A stretch of 64,000 nucleotides of DNA from NCBI RefSeq assembly GCF_006345805.1, contig NW_021830463.1, positions 1-64,000 of the forward strand, written 5' to 3'. The notes under the pieces are model-generated. The model made no database searches and was not told where the DNA came from. It was given only the letters and a program-made list of their open reading frames with translations. Positions 12,993-25,880 of this stretch are shown here, piece after piece. Origin of the DNA: Octopus sinensis. Its lineage: Eukaryota. The stretch's first letter is position 1; every line of letters starts with the position of its first letter. A program made the translations under genes and the position numbers.

Positions 12993-13286
12993 CGATCCCC
13001 AACCATCGACAACTAGTGTGTAATCTCCTCCTCCTCCTGCACCAGCCTCAACGAGTAAAACCGACTTCAGCCATCAGGTAGGCAACAGTATGGTATTTGA
13101 AGTTATTTCTTTCTAATACAAAAGCAGCCTAGGCTTCCCTAACAAATTACCGAATTCGTAGGCTAACATCAAAACATCCTAAGCTAGCTTAGGGTTTATC
13201 TATAACATGTATATTCCTTTAAATAATGGTTATTTTGACTGAAGTCGTGTCGTCTGGAACCAATGTACGACGCAAGGGGAGGTATG

Positions 13287-13333
<47 letters not shown>

Positions 13334-13336
<3 letters not shown>

Positions 13337-13749
13337 GCACAGGAGTGGCTGTGTGGTAAGTAGCTTGCTTGCCAACCATATGGTTCCGGGTTCAGTCCCA
13401 CTGCGTGGCATCTTGGGCAGGTGTCTTCTGCTATAGCCTCGGGCCGACTAATGCCTTGTGAGTGGATTTGGTAGACGGAAACTGAAAGAAGCCTGTCGTA
13501 TATATGTATATATATATATGTATTTATGTGTGTGTGTATGTTTATGTGTCTGTGTTTGTCCCCCAACATTGCTTGACAACCGATGCTGGTGTGTTTGCGT
13601 CCCCGTCACTTAGCGGTTCGGCAAAAGAGACTGATAGAAAAAGTACTAGGGTTACAAAGAATAAGTCCCGGGGTCGAGTTGTTCGACTAAAGGCGGTGCT
13701 CCAGCATGGCCGCACTCAAATGACTGAAACAAGTAAAAGAGTAAATGAG
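13334..13749 (+). mobile_element. tRNA-derived SINE family B, full length, with internal (TA)n(TG)n
   Basis: Head TAGGCACAGGAGTGGCTGTGTGGTAAG...GGGTTCAGTCCC; CTTGGGCAGGTGTCTT (other copies CCTTGGGCAAGTGTCTT) resembles the start of the CORE domain, so possibly OR2-like; 3' CCAGCATGGCCGCA...TGACTGAAACAAGTAAAAGAG. Confidence 0.9.
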
Positions 13750-13821
13750 TATATATATAAGAAATATTGAATTTCTAAATCTCTCGTAGAGACATGTACG
13801 GTGGTGGGGCGATAGAATGGT

Positions 13822-13983
13822 TGTATACTGTCAATCTAACAAGGACGTGACAGTAGAGGTTACACCACCGTTGTATAGCCCTAGGAGGCATCGAAGCTGT
13901 CAGGAGGCGTTCGATGCCTCCTAGGGCTATACAACGGTGGTGTAACCCCTACTGTCACGTTCTTGTTAGATTGACAGTATACA
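13822..13983. repeat. Near-perfect hairpin, ~74-bp arms and 14-nt loop
   Basis: TGTATACTGTCAATCTAAC...GGAGGCATCGAA / TTCGATGCCTCC...GATTGACAGTATACA, 2 mismatches. Confidence 0.9.
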
Positions 13984-14399
13984 GTATATATATAATATTT
14001 TAAAAATTATATAACGAGCTTTATGCCTGACAACGCACTGTAGAAATAGACGCCATTACCACCTTAAAATCACCGGGAAAGCCACAGTATACAGAAAAAT
14101 AATGACATGGTTAACTGTGTACAAGATCCTGTTTCAAGCTTAAAGTAAAGATATTTCTTACTGCTATCTTCAGCGACAGTATTCTATAACATAAATTTAC
14201 AAGTATCTTGAAATATGCAGGCGTGTAGCGACATTTGCGAATATTTCTACAGTATGCGGTGAGGCATAATACCGATCCCTTGATATAATTATGTGTATAA
14301 TTGTAAAATATTTTGTAAAATTTACCTATGAGGTTTTTATTTCCGCACTAACAACCTGGTAAAATTATTATTGATTTCACCGTATTATAATATTTATAA

Positions 14400-14496
<97 letters not shown>

Positions 14497-14537
14497 TTCT
14501 TTATTTATTTATTTATTTATATATATTTATGTATATT

Positions 14538-14746
14538 CTTTTACTCTTTCATTTGTTTCAGTCATTTGACTACGGCCATGCTGGAGCAACGCCTTTAGTC
14601 GAGCAAATCAACCCCAGGACTTATTCTTTTGAAGCCTAGCACTTATTATATCGGTCTCTTTTGCCGAACTGCTAAGTTACGGGTACGTAAACACACCACC
14701 ATCGGTTGTCAAGCGATGTTGAGGGGACAAACACAGACACACAAAC
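14538..14746 (-). mobile_element. SINE family B, 3' half
   Basis: Reverse complement of the family B 3' region; its (TA)n runs into the Naiad left end. Confidence 0.85.
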
Positions 14747-14796
14747 ATATACAGACACATACATACATACATATGTATATATATATATATATAAAA

Positions 14797-14830
<34 letters not shown>

Positions 14831-14858
14831 CTTTATTTTAAGCAGCAGAAAATTCAAC

Positions 14859-14906
14859 AAAATCTGTTACTCTGAGTTTCTCGTTGCCGTTCATCAGACA
14901 GTTTTT
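14859..14906 (-). ncRNA. Hammerhead ribozyme motif in the 3' pseudo-LTR
   Basis: CTGT-CTGATGA-A-CG GCAA CG-A-GAAA-CTCAGA-GTA-ACAG; predicted cut between 14868 and 14867. Confidence 0.7.
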
Positions 14907-15909
14907 GCTAGAATGGAACTTATATATTAATTCAATCTATACTCTTACAAACGCTACACCTTTAAAAAGAAATGGACTTGTTTGATTGGCCTTTAGAAAA
15001 AACGGTCAATCTTCGAGCGATAAACAAAAAGGTCACAAATATATGTATATATATATAAAAAAACTTATAAAAATTATAAAATCCGAGGAAAAAACCGAGG
15101 AAAAAACCTATTGCCGTTAATGAAGACAGTACAAATTAATGCATAGAAATTAAACTGTTATAAATACTGCAATACATATTTATATTAAAATCTACATATA
15201 TATATCAACATACACAAAAGGATGCGCGTAAACGCCATACATACATATACAGACGTATGAATATGAATCTAAATATACACATAAAAGCATGTGTACATAT
15301 ATTCACGCAAACCGTCTCGCACGCAAGCTAAAATTCATCTATGTAGCAATTCTCATATACCGAGCAAGGAGGGGGAACGAAAGAAAGGGAAAGAGAGAAA
15401 AAGGAACGAAGGAGGGGTGGGGAAAAAACTTGTAACGATGTTATTGGCATCTATAGAGACCAGTATACATACACAAGTTTGAACTGATACATATACATAC
15501 CGTCGTGTATATGTGTGCTTAAGCACAAGCATACTTTCACTTACACATACACAGATACGCATGCTTACAAATACATATGCTTTGCTATACACATACTTAT
15601 ATAAACATTTTTATTTTGACAACATTGCTTTTTTTTAAAAAAAAACATTGCTTTTAAAAAATGGGTGCATTAATAAAAATATATACGAAAGACATATAAA
15701 ATAAAATATAACATCCTATTTTGGGTCATTTATAAATAATCAAGGTAATATAAATAATCAAGGTAATCCTATGCAATACAATAACATGAAAACAAAGTTT
15801 GTAGGTTTTTCCTAATATATATGTAGAAACATAAGACTTTGCTATAAATCCGTCGTAGCGCTCAAGAGTCAAAATCAAAATCAAAAATCAAAAATACAAA
15901 ATATATACT

Positions 15910-18044
15910 CTATCCATATGGTATATTTATATTCGATATTTTAAATTTAGCCGCGTGCCTACATAAGTTCATTAACTCACTTCTTTGATTCAAAGAATTA
16001 TTGTCTTTGAATAAGATGTGCATTTTTTCTAATAGGCAGAGTCTGCACTTGAAATTATATTTGTAAGCTCCATGTCTGTATGGTGCCGCCCTGTCCAGAA
16101 TGCTCCATGTCACGTTGAAAGGTGGGGCTTCCTTTTCTTTTAGTTCCCAGACATATTTTGCTAGGCTGGTTTTCTTCCTATTCTCTGGGTATTTAAAAGA
16201 ATTCTTATGAGAATAAAATCTTGTTTTAAATGAATTTTCTGAAGCCCCTGTGTATGTCTTGTATTCCGATGAGCCTTCCACTTGCACCTTGGCTCTATAA
16301 ACTACTCCTTTCACTAGACATTTCCCTTCTAACGGACGGGAGCTTTCGTTTTTGCAATTACATTTCTTAATGGGCTCGGCACCATGTCTAATCTCAATTA
16401 TCTTCCTATTATGTTGGCTAATGTAAGAGGCGAAATTTCTGCAACAAGAATAGCAAACCTTCAGGGTTCTTCTATTAAATATTCTGTAGAATTTATGACC
16501 CTGCTTAAAATGCTTAGAGACTAATCTCAAAAATTCCTTACCTATATTAGTCTTTACGGCCAAATTGAAAGCCGGGTTGAACCACAAAACTTTCCTGGTC
16601 CTAGTTCTTCGTGCAGCATTATTATTAGCATTAAGCTGGTTGAACTGGATCTTCTCCGAGAATCCACTATTCTTTAATGCGCTATCGTAATAAGGTGCAG
16701 CATTATGGAATGCTGCCTCGTCCGAAGAAATTGAAGATATTCTTCTACCTACATTGCTGACTAAGTGCTAAGGATAACTGGTGGATGGTTCGAATCTTTG
16801 CTAATATACGATAGCTTTTCATTGGGCTTACGGAAAGGTTTAAATCTATCCGATCTTACATTAAAATTTACGTCTAAAAAATCTACACTATTCAGGTTAG
16901 CATCTATCGTAATCCGTAAGCCCATCCTTTGAAAGAAAGCTATAAGGTCCTTCCTAAGTCTATCTGATTCATGGCCGTTTAGATTATGCGTGGCTATAAG
17001 GCCGTCATCCCTATATAAACCTGCATCTATAAATGGGAATTCTATTTTTAGATTATGGAGAATAAAGGCTCCTATGAGCATACATAATTCAGCCCCTTCG
17101 TATGCCCCCATCGGTACATCGAAAAGAGAATCCTCAGTCTTCTTAATCCAGGTGGAATCCTCGAAAAAAAGAAGCGATTTTCTCGCATGCATAATAATTT
17201 CAATTTCCGAGCTATCGATGTTGACATACTGCTTGGCGAAGTCCAATGCCCTTAGGAGCAACGTCCTAGATATCGACGGGTAAAAGTCAATAATGTCGAA
17301 TTGTGTGAAACTACAATTATTCTTATAGCTAATACCTTTAAACCACTCTATAACTGACTTACTATTCTTCCAAATTCTCAAATCTACTTCACTATCTAAC
17401 TTAACTAAAATACGGTCCAAAATATTTTTGCTAATAATTCCTATCTCAGTTTTAGCCGGATTTATCAATCTACATTTGGGGTTTCTACTAAAATTGTCTT
17501 TATGGTCTTTCAGAGTAATAAAAGCTGGTCGTGGTGAAAGGCATTCAATCCTATCGCTAATCTTAAGATCGTTAGCTATTCCTCTTGCTTCTAAGTTCAC
17601 CTCTTTGTATATATTCGTGTTGTCTTTTTTGTATGTGTCCGTGACACTATTCGAAATCAGGCGTTTATAAACGTCCTTATCAAGTGCATATAAGTTCCTT
17701 GTCTTGTCAGAATTAACGAAGATCTTATTCGAGTCGTTAATCTCCTTAATTTTTTCTCTCATGTTTTTTTGCAATTGGTTGGTATATTTGCGGAATTTAA
17801 TTTTCCTAATAAGCTCGAAAAGGTCTTTCTCGAAGGCTTCTAATTCCGGAATCGGTGGCGGGTTTCTGGGAGATTTAAATCCATATTTGTTTCCTTCTAT
17901 TTTCTGTTTATTATCAAAGAAGAAGGCTTTCCATCTCAGTCTTCTAATAAACTCTTCCGTTTTCTCTATAAGACCTTTGATATATTGTTTCCGTGCAGGG
18001 ATAGGTATATTTTTCTGAGAAAAATCCAGCGGGTAAAGTTCCAT
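15910..18044 (-). CDS. PLE reverse transcriptase plus C-terminal GIY-YIG endonuclease (711 aa if one A is added at 16763-16764)
   Basis: SQKNIPIP...RLRWKAFFF, DKTRNLY, AFITLKDHK..F...PKCRLINP, FDIIDFYPSI, VPMGAY, GLYRDDGL, FLDVNF, SNHPP; after the frameshift WFNP, CNC..PLEGKC, VVY...YTG, FKTRFYSH, CRLCLLEK, ELMNLCRH. The N-terminus and EN pattern match what I recall of Naiad proteins. Confidence 0.9.
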
Positions 18045-18210
18045 CTTTTTCAGCTGTTTGTTCTTCCTAGTTGTGCAGAGTCGCTCAAACTTTTACAAGG
18101 AGCGGGTTAGACCGGAGTAAACACATAAATGTGAAACAAGGTGGAAAAAAGAGTACTCAAATACCAGTGGTAGAGTAATATGCTTTATTTTAAGCAGCAG
18201 AAAATTCAAC

Positions 18211-18258
18211 AAAATCTGTTACTCTGAGTTTCTCGTTGCCGTTCATCAGACAGTTTTT
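18211..18258 (-). ncRNA. Hammerhead ribozyme motif in the 5' pseudo-LTR
   Basis: Identical to 14859-14906, 3352 bp away. Confidence 0.7.
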
Positions 18259-20625
18259 GCTAGAATGGAACTTATATATTAATTCAATCTATACTCTTAC
18301 AAACGCTACACCTTTAAAAAGAAATGGACTTGTTTGATTGGCCCTTTAGAAAAAACGGTCAATCTTCGAGCGATAAACAAAAAGGTCACAAATATATGTA
18401 TATATATATAAAAAAACTTATAAAAATTATAAAATCCGAGGAAAAAACCGAGGAAAAAACCTATTGCCGTTAATGAAGACAGTACAAATTAATGCATAGA
18501 AATTAAACTTGTTATAAATACTGCAATACATATTTATATTAAAATCTACATATATATATCAACATACACAAAAGGATGCGCGTAAACGCCATACATACAT
18601 ATACAGACGTATGAATATGAATCTAAATATACACATAAAAGCATGTGTACATATATTCACGCAAACCGTCTCGCACGCAAGCTAAAATTCATCTATGTAG
18701 CAATTCTCATATACCGAGCAAGGAGGGGGAACGAAAGAAAGGGAAAGAGAGAAAAAGGAACGAAGGAGGGGTGGGGAAAAAACTTGTAACGATGTTATTG
18801 GCATCTATAGAGACCAGTATACATACACAAGTTTGAACTGATACATATACATACCGTCGTGTATATGTGTGCTTAAGCACAAGCATACTTTCACTTACAC
18901 ATACACAGATACGCATGCTTACAAATACATATGCTTTGCTATACACATACTTATATAAACATTCTAATTTTGACAACATTGCTTTTTTTTAAAAAAAACA
19001 TTGCTTTTAAAAAAAATGGGTGCATTAATAAAAATATATACGAAAGACATATAAAATAAAATATAACATCCTATTTTGGGTCATTTATAAATAATCAAGG
19101 TAATATAAAAAATCAAGGTAATCCTATGCAATACAATAACATGAAAACAAAGTTTGTAGGTTTTTCCTAATATATATGTAGAAACATAAGACTTTGCTAT
19201 AAATCCGTCGTAGCGCTCAAGAGTCAAAATCAAAATCAAAAATCAAAAATACAAAATATATACTCTATCCATATGGTATATTTATATTCGATATTTTAAA
19301 TTTAGCCGCGTGCCTACATAAGTTCATTAACTCACTTCTTTGATTCAAAGAATTATTGTCTTTGAATAAGATGTGCATTTTTTCTAATAGGCAGAGTCTG
19401 CACTTGAAATTATATTTGTAAGCTCCATGTCTGTATGGTGCCGCCCTGTCCAGAATGCTCCATGTCACGTTGAAAGGTGGGGCTTCCTTTTCTTTTAGTT
19501 CCCAGACATATTTTGCTAGGCTGGTTTTCTTCCTATTCTCTGGGTATTTAAAAGAATTCTTATGAGAATAAAATCTTGTTTTAAATGAATTTTCTGAAGC
19601 CCCTGTGTATGTCTTGTATTCCGATGAGCCTTCCACTTGCACCTTGGCTCCTGTCCGTTAGAAGGGAAATGTCTAGTGAAAGGAGTAGTTTATATAGCCA
19701 AGGTGCAAATGGAAGGCTCATCGGAATACAAGACATACACAGGGGCTTCAGAAAATTCATTTAAAACAAGATTTTATTCTCATAAGAATTCTTTTAAATA
19801 CCCAGAGAATAGGAAGAAAACCAGCCTAGCAAAATATGTCTGGGAACTAAAAGAAAAGGAAGCCCCACCTTTCAACGTGACATGGAGCATTCTGGACAGG
19901 GCGGCACCATACAGACATGGAGCTTACAAATATAATTTCAAGTGCAGCCTCTGCCTATTAGAAAAAATGCACATCTATTCAAAGACAATAATTCTTTGAA
20001 TCAAAGAAGTGAGTTAATGAACTTATGTAGGCACGCGGCTAAATTTAAAATATCGAATATAAATATACCATATGGATAGAGTATATATTTTGTATTTTTG
20101 ATTTTTGATTTTGATTTTGATTTTGACTCCTTCGTTCCTTTTTCTCTCTTTCCCTTTCTTTCGTTCCCCCTCCTTGCTCGGTATATGAGAATTGCTACAT
20201 AGATGAATTTTAGCTTGCGTGCGAGACGGTTTGCGTGAATATATGTACATATGCTTTTATGTGTATATTTAGGTTCATATTCATACGTCTGTATATGTAT
20301 GTATGGCGTTTACGCGCATCCTTTTGTGTATGTTGATATATATATGTAGATTTTAATATAAATATGTATTGCAGTATTTATAACAAGTTTAATTTCTATG
20401 CATTAATTTGTACTGTCTTCATTAACAGCAATAGGTTTTTTCCTTTGATTTTATAATTTTTATAAGTTTTTTTATATATATATACATATATTTGTGACCT
20501 TTTTGTTTATCGCTCGAAGATTGACCGTTTTTTCTAAAGGGCCAATCAAACAAGTCCATTTCTTTTTAAAGGTGTAGCGTTTGTAAGAGTATAGATTGAA
20601 TTAATATATAAGTTCCATTCTAGCA

Positions 20626-20672
20626 AAAACTGTCTGATGAACGGCAACGAGAAACTCAGAGTAACAGATTTT
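20626..20672 (+). ncRNA. Hammerhead ribozyme motif in the inverted pseudo-LTR
   Basis: Same motif on the plus strand; predicted cut after A20663. Confidence 0.7.
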
Positions 20673-20778
20673 GTTGAATTTTCTGCTGCTTAAAATAAAG
20701 CATATTACTCTACCACTGGTATTTGAGTACTCTTTTTTCCACCTTGTTTCACATTTATGTGTTTACTCCGGTATATAT

Positions 20779-20859
<81 letters not shown>

Positions 20860-21608
20860 TATATATATACATATACATACATACATACTTGCGCACCCAC
20901 CACAAATACATATATTAATAGTTTGGTATATGGTAGTAATATGTTACAATCAGAAGGACATTGCGTATTGTCCTTGACATGTGACATATGCGGAAATTTC
21001 CTCTGTTGTATCACTTTTGGTGCTTTCTGCCAGTTAAAATATGAGGAAAGTTCATATACTTATCATTATGTGTTCCAGTTCTCTTCTTTGATCTACCAAA
21101 CTTACGCACAAACACCTGAGCTAAATCACAGGGGCTTCAGAAATCTATACTTATCCTCATGCATATAAACCACGGCCCCAAATGCAGACTTATCAACCCA
21201 CATAGATACAATTTGATATAATTGTTAGCTGGGTAATTTTTAGAGTCAAAAATATCGGATAGAAGATTTTGCCTTAAACGTATTTCGTTCTGAGTACAAA
21301 CCTTGCGAACCTGTCCCTTTTTCCGTTTTCAATGTAAATTTTACCCTGTTGTCAACGGCCACATTTCGGGGTATGGTGACCCTTGCTGGTTATCTAAGCA
21401 TAATAAACCTTCAACTTTCAGGGAAACGCAGTAGCCCGTACATCAATATCTTTGTTAAACCAATAGAAAATTAAAACGGGTGGACCTTACATAAAAATAC
21501 AAATAAAAACATTTATTATAATTGCGTGTATATGTTTTCGTGGGTATGTGTGCGCATGCATATGTCCTTCTCTCCCTCTCTTTTCCCCCCTCTCTCTGCC
21601 TACAAATG

Positions 21609-21673
<65 letters not shown>

Positions 21674-21755
21674 TACATACACACACATATATATATATAT
21701 ATATATATTCATATATATAATATATATGTATGTATGTATATATATATATATATAC

Positions 21756-21814
<59 letters not shown>

Positions 21815-22529
21815 ATATATATATATACATATATCTGTTTGTGTGTGTGTGTGTATGTGTTCAAATCTGTAGATCAGACGGGATTAACAGAACTGAAAAC
21901 ACGCTATGCACATAACATAATCGGTCCATGATTATTTATAAATACACGTATGTGCATCTTTGTGCTTTCGTCCGTGCGTGTATATACGTATGTGCACAAG
22001 ATGTAAATGAATAACCAACACCGGCTCGTGGATGAATAGCTTCTCTTAATAGAATGTTTGGTGTCAATGTCGGACCAATAGTTTCTTACTGACACTTCGC
22101 AGTTATTGAACCGTAGATTGTTTGCCTTGCAAGTATGGCTCCTATGTCAGGCTTATTCAAATTGCAGTTGAATACTTGGAAAGATTCATCGTGAATCACT
22201 TACAACACCTATCATTCATTACACACACATTCGCATACACTTATACAAAGATATATGTGTAGATATTCCTCTCTCTTTGCCTACACACACACGCATACAC
22301 ACAAATAGGTATGTATATATATATATAATATATATATATAGACATACACACAGGCACACTTATATATATACATATAGATATATATACCTATGTGTTCATT
22401 GTTACATCATGCAGGCGTGCATGCGTTTCTATATGTGAATGTGTATAAGTGGAATTCGAAAGTGGAATCTGTTGAAGTAGGTGCATATGCGTATGTAGTG
22501 TAAGGAAATAAATAGCTATGCCCCCTTAT

Positions 22530-22578
<49 letters not shown>

Positions 22579-22654
22579 CTATGGTCTTACCACTAAGAAA
22601 TGTTCACCCTTCATTTTAAATTTATATATATATACATATGTATGTATATATATA

Positions 22655-22703
<49 letters not shown>

Positions 22704-22709
22704 TATATA

Positions 22710-22764
<55 letters not shown>

Positions 22765-23069
22765 ATATATATATATTATATTATATATATATAATATATA
22801 TATATTTACATATACAGATACGTATTGATGTTTGACTTACGTTAAGCTATATACAAAAACAATTTAACATTAAACTGAAAAAGTTATCAATGATTTTTTG
22901 CGGTCTACATGCTTATTAAACATATACAAGAATTCTGGTGACATTGGATTCGATGTTTCGGCCTAGTAGCCATCGTCAGGCTTGACATAATCGTATGAAT
23001 ATCTCAAATACACATGCCAACCACACACATACACAGGCAGGTACATACATACGTATATACTCTGCATAA

Positions 23070-23135
<66 letters not shown>

Positions 23136-23828
23136 CGTACATTTATGTATTTGAATGAAGACATAGGTTTATGACGATGGAATGCAAAAAGCTGTATGAA
23201 ATTTCATAGGTTGAGCACAGATTCTATACGCAGCAAGTAATTTCTCTCAATTTTTATCAGTAAACAACAAAACAAACCTCACGTCAAACCACAACACTCA
23301 CACACACTTCTATATTTATACACAAATTCACGCTTCGCCCACAAACAAATATTTCATGTCGCAATGAAGGACAAATATTATTTAGAGTTTGCAATACGTT
23401 ATACGACATTGCTGTTTAGGGGGTATTTTTTGATGTGGGTATTGCTGGTTCTCAATAATGCGCTATTCAAACACCATACGCTTCTATCTACTCTACACAT
23501 TTTTTTTTCATAATTCTCGATCATATTCTACCCTCTTCGTCTATTCTAATCTATTCTATTTTATTCTATTCAATTACACTTTCTTTACGCATGCTTTAAA
23601 AAATGCTACGAATATTAATCAATATGGTCGCATTACATCCCAAACTCACTACGCATTAACTACAAGGTCATTGCGCTTACGTCACTTCCTGAACAGAATT
23701 AAAAGCTTGTTAGCAAAACTTTTTCCCCATTGATTATTTAAAAACTCACGCAGCCACACGCATTTAATTCATACATACATTCAAGCATACGCCTGCATTT
23801 ATATATATATATACATACATATACATAT

Positions 23829-23866
<38 letters not shown>

Positions 23867-23881
23867 ATACATACATATATA

Positions 23882-23959
<78 letters not shown>

Positions 23960-24829
23960 ATGCATATATATATATGTGTGTGTATATGTATATATATGTT
24001 GTTATTTATTTATTTATTTAGTTCTCTATTTTCTTCTCCAATAGAATAAAGAAGACACTCACTCTACAAAACCATTAACCGATAATCAGAAAATAGCCGT
24101 GCTAGGTTCGCCTTCAGGACAGCTACCTTAAAATACACTTAAAACCACAAATATGCATTCTGAATTCTTATTTTTCCGTTGGAAGGTTCAAATTGCATCA
24201 GAAATCAACTTGCAGAAGTAAACTGATTCATGAGAGGTGTGTATTTTTAAATTTTTCTCTTTTATATTTTTGTATGCGCATTTTTCGATTTTTTTTTTTT
24301 TTGTATTTCTAATTTTTCTTTCTCATATTTTCTATCTTTTTTTTTCTCCCCCGTTTGCTCTTCCATATTTTTTTTCATAACCTGCTGTTATGCTGTGTAT
24401 CCGTTTTCTTTCTATATTTCTTTCTTGCATTATACTTTCTTTTCATTTTTCTTCTTCTTCTTCTTCTTCTTCTTCTTCTTCTTCTTTTCCTTCTTCTCTC
24501 TGTCAGTCTGCAGTTCTCATTCGCTCCAATGCATTCACTCACTCCTTTACCCTACATATATTTCAATCTCCTTCCTTCCTTCTTTCTTTCCTCCTTTCTT
24601 TCTCTCTCCACTTCTCCTCACACCACTCCCAGTTTCCTTTCTCCACTCCGACGCCACTACCTTAGATAAATCACCTTGGATATCCACGAGCGTCTTAGCA
24701 TCATGTTCGATGCCGCATTCTTTTTGCCTTACCATCTCCTGGTGCTGTGGTTCTTGTTATGTTATTGTTGTTGTTGTTCTTCTTCTTGTTGTTGTTCGCG
24801 CTGATGCTAGTCATTGTGTACCTTGTGAT

Positions 24830-25148
24830 CATGTGTGTGTATATGTATGTATATATATATATATATATATATATGTAGATACATACATACACACATATAT
24901 ACATATATATATATATACACATATACATATATATAAATACATATATATATACACATGTATATGCACATATGTGTATATACAAATATATATATATTCATAT
25001 ATATATATATACATATATATATACATATATGTATATACATATATATATATATACATATATATTCATATATATACATATATATACATATATATATGTATAT
25101 ACATATATATATGCATATATATATACATATACCACACATACATACATA

Positions 25149-25190
<42 letters not shown>
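24830..25190. repeat. Compound (TA)n/(TACA)n microsatellite
   Basis: Direct reading. Confidence 0.9.
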
Positions 25191-25191
<1 letters not shown>

Positions 25192-25279
25192 CATGTGTGT
25201 TTGTGAGTGTGGGTGTAATTTTTCCCGGTTACTTTTTATTCCTTTTATACTTATTTAGCATCTTTTTTTTTTTCATTTT

Positions 25280-25539
25280 AACATCCAAATTCCCTCGACT
25301 CTTCTTCCGTCATCACCACCACCATCACCTCCACCACGGCCCTATGACTCCTACCGCCGCTGCTGCCTCCCACCGACACTAACACTAACACTACCGGTAC
25401 CACAACCATCACCAACGCCGACAAAAACCCACCGTCATCGCCGATGTCAAACCCACACCCACCACCACCACCACCACCTCCACCACCAACACCATTACCA
25501 CGATCAGTACCACCACCGACGTTACTAACGCAGTCATCG

Positions 25540-25570
<31 letters not shown>

Positions 25571-25880
25571 CACTATCTCTACCAACACCATAATCAGAGC
25601 CACAACAACAACCACCACCACCATCACCACAACCAACACCGCCTTCGTCATCGGTACCATCTTCACTACTTTGAAGCTCTTTAAAGCCCGCCCTTCACAC
25701 CAAAAACTTCACAATTCCGTAATCGATATTAAACCTAATTCTACCATCATAACAACCAACAAGAGTAGCTTACCATTATACACGCAAGTACTGCATATGG
25801 AAGCGCTGTAACCTGCTTCTCCACTAACAACAACACCAACAACAGCAACAATAACAACAATATGCGATGAGCCAACAACG
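25280..25880. repeat. Degenerate (CAC/CAT/CAA)n trinucleotide tract
   Basis: Direct reading. Confidence 0.8.

Larger units (their letters stand above)
14831..20772 (-). mobile_element. Penelope-like retroelement, Naiad-type: ORF, direct pseudo-LTR and inverted pseudo-LTR, inserted in (TA)n
   Basis: Direct repeats 14831-16295 and 18183-19650 (3352-bp period); inverted copy 19647-20772; RT-GIY-YIG ORF; HHR in each repeat; (TA)n on both flanks. Confidence 0.93.

Noticed and set aside
15910-16587. Possible selenoprotein (UGA-Sec) form reported for some Naiads
   Set aside because: No in-frame TGA; the metal-binding positions are Cys codons or one Arg.
16990-18018. Plus-strand ORFs overlapping the PLE RT
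   Set aside because: Antisense shadows of the real minus-strand ORF.
21125-21201. PKCRLINP peptide and a 17-nt match to the Naiad EN region
   Set aside because: The two matches come from distant parts of the ORF and the flanks do not align; I cannot distinguish this from chance.
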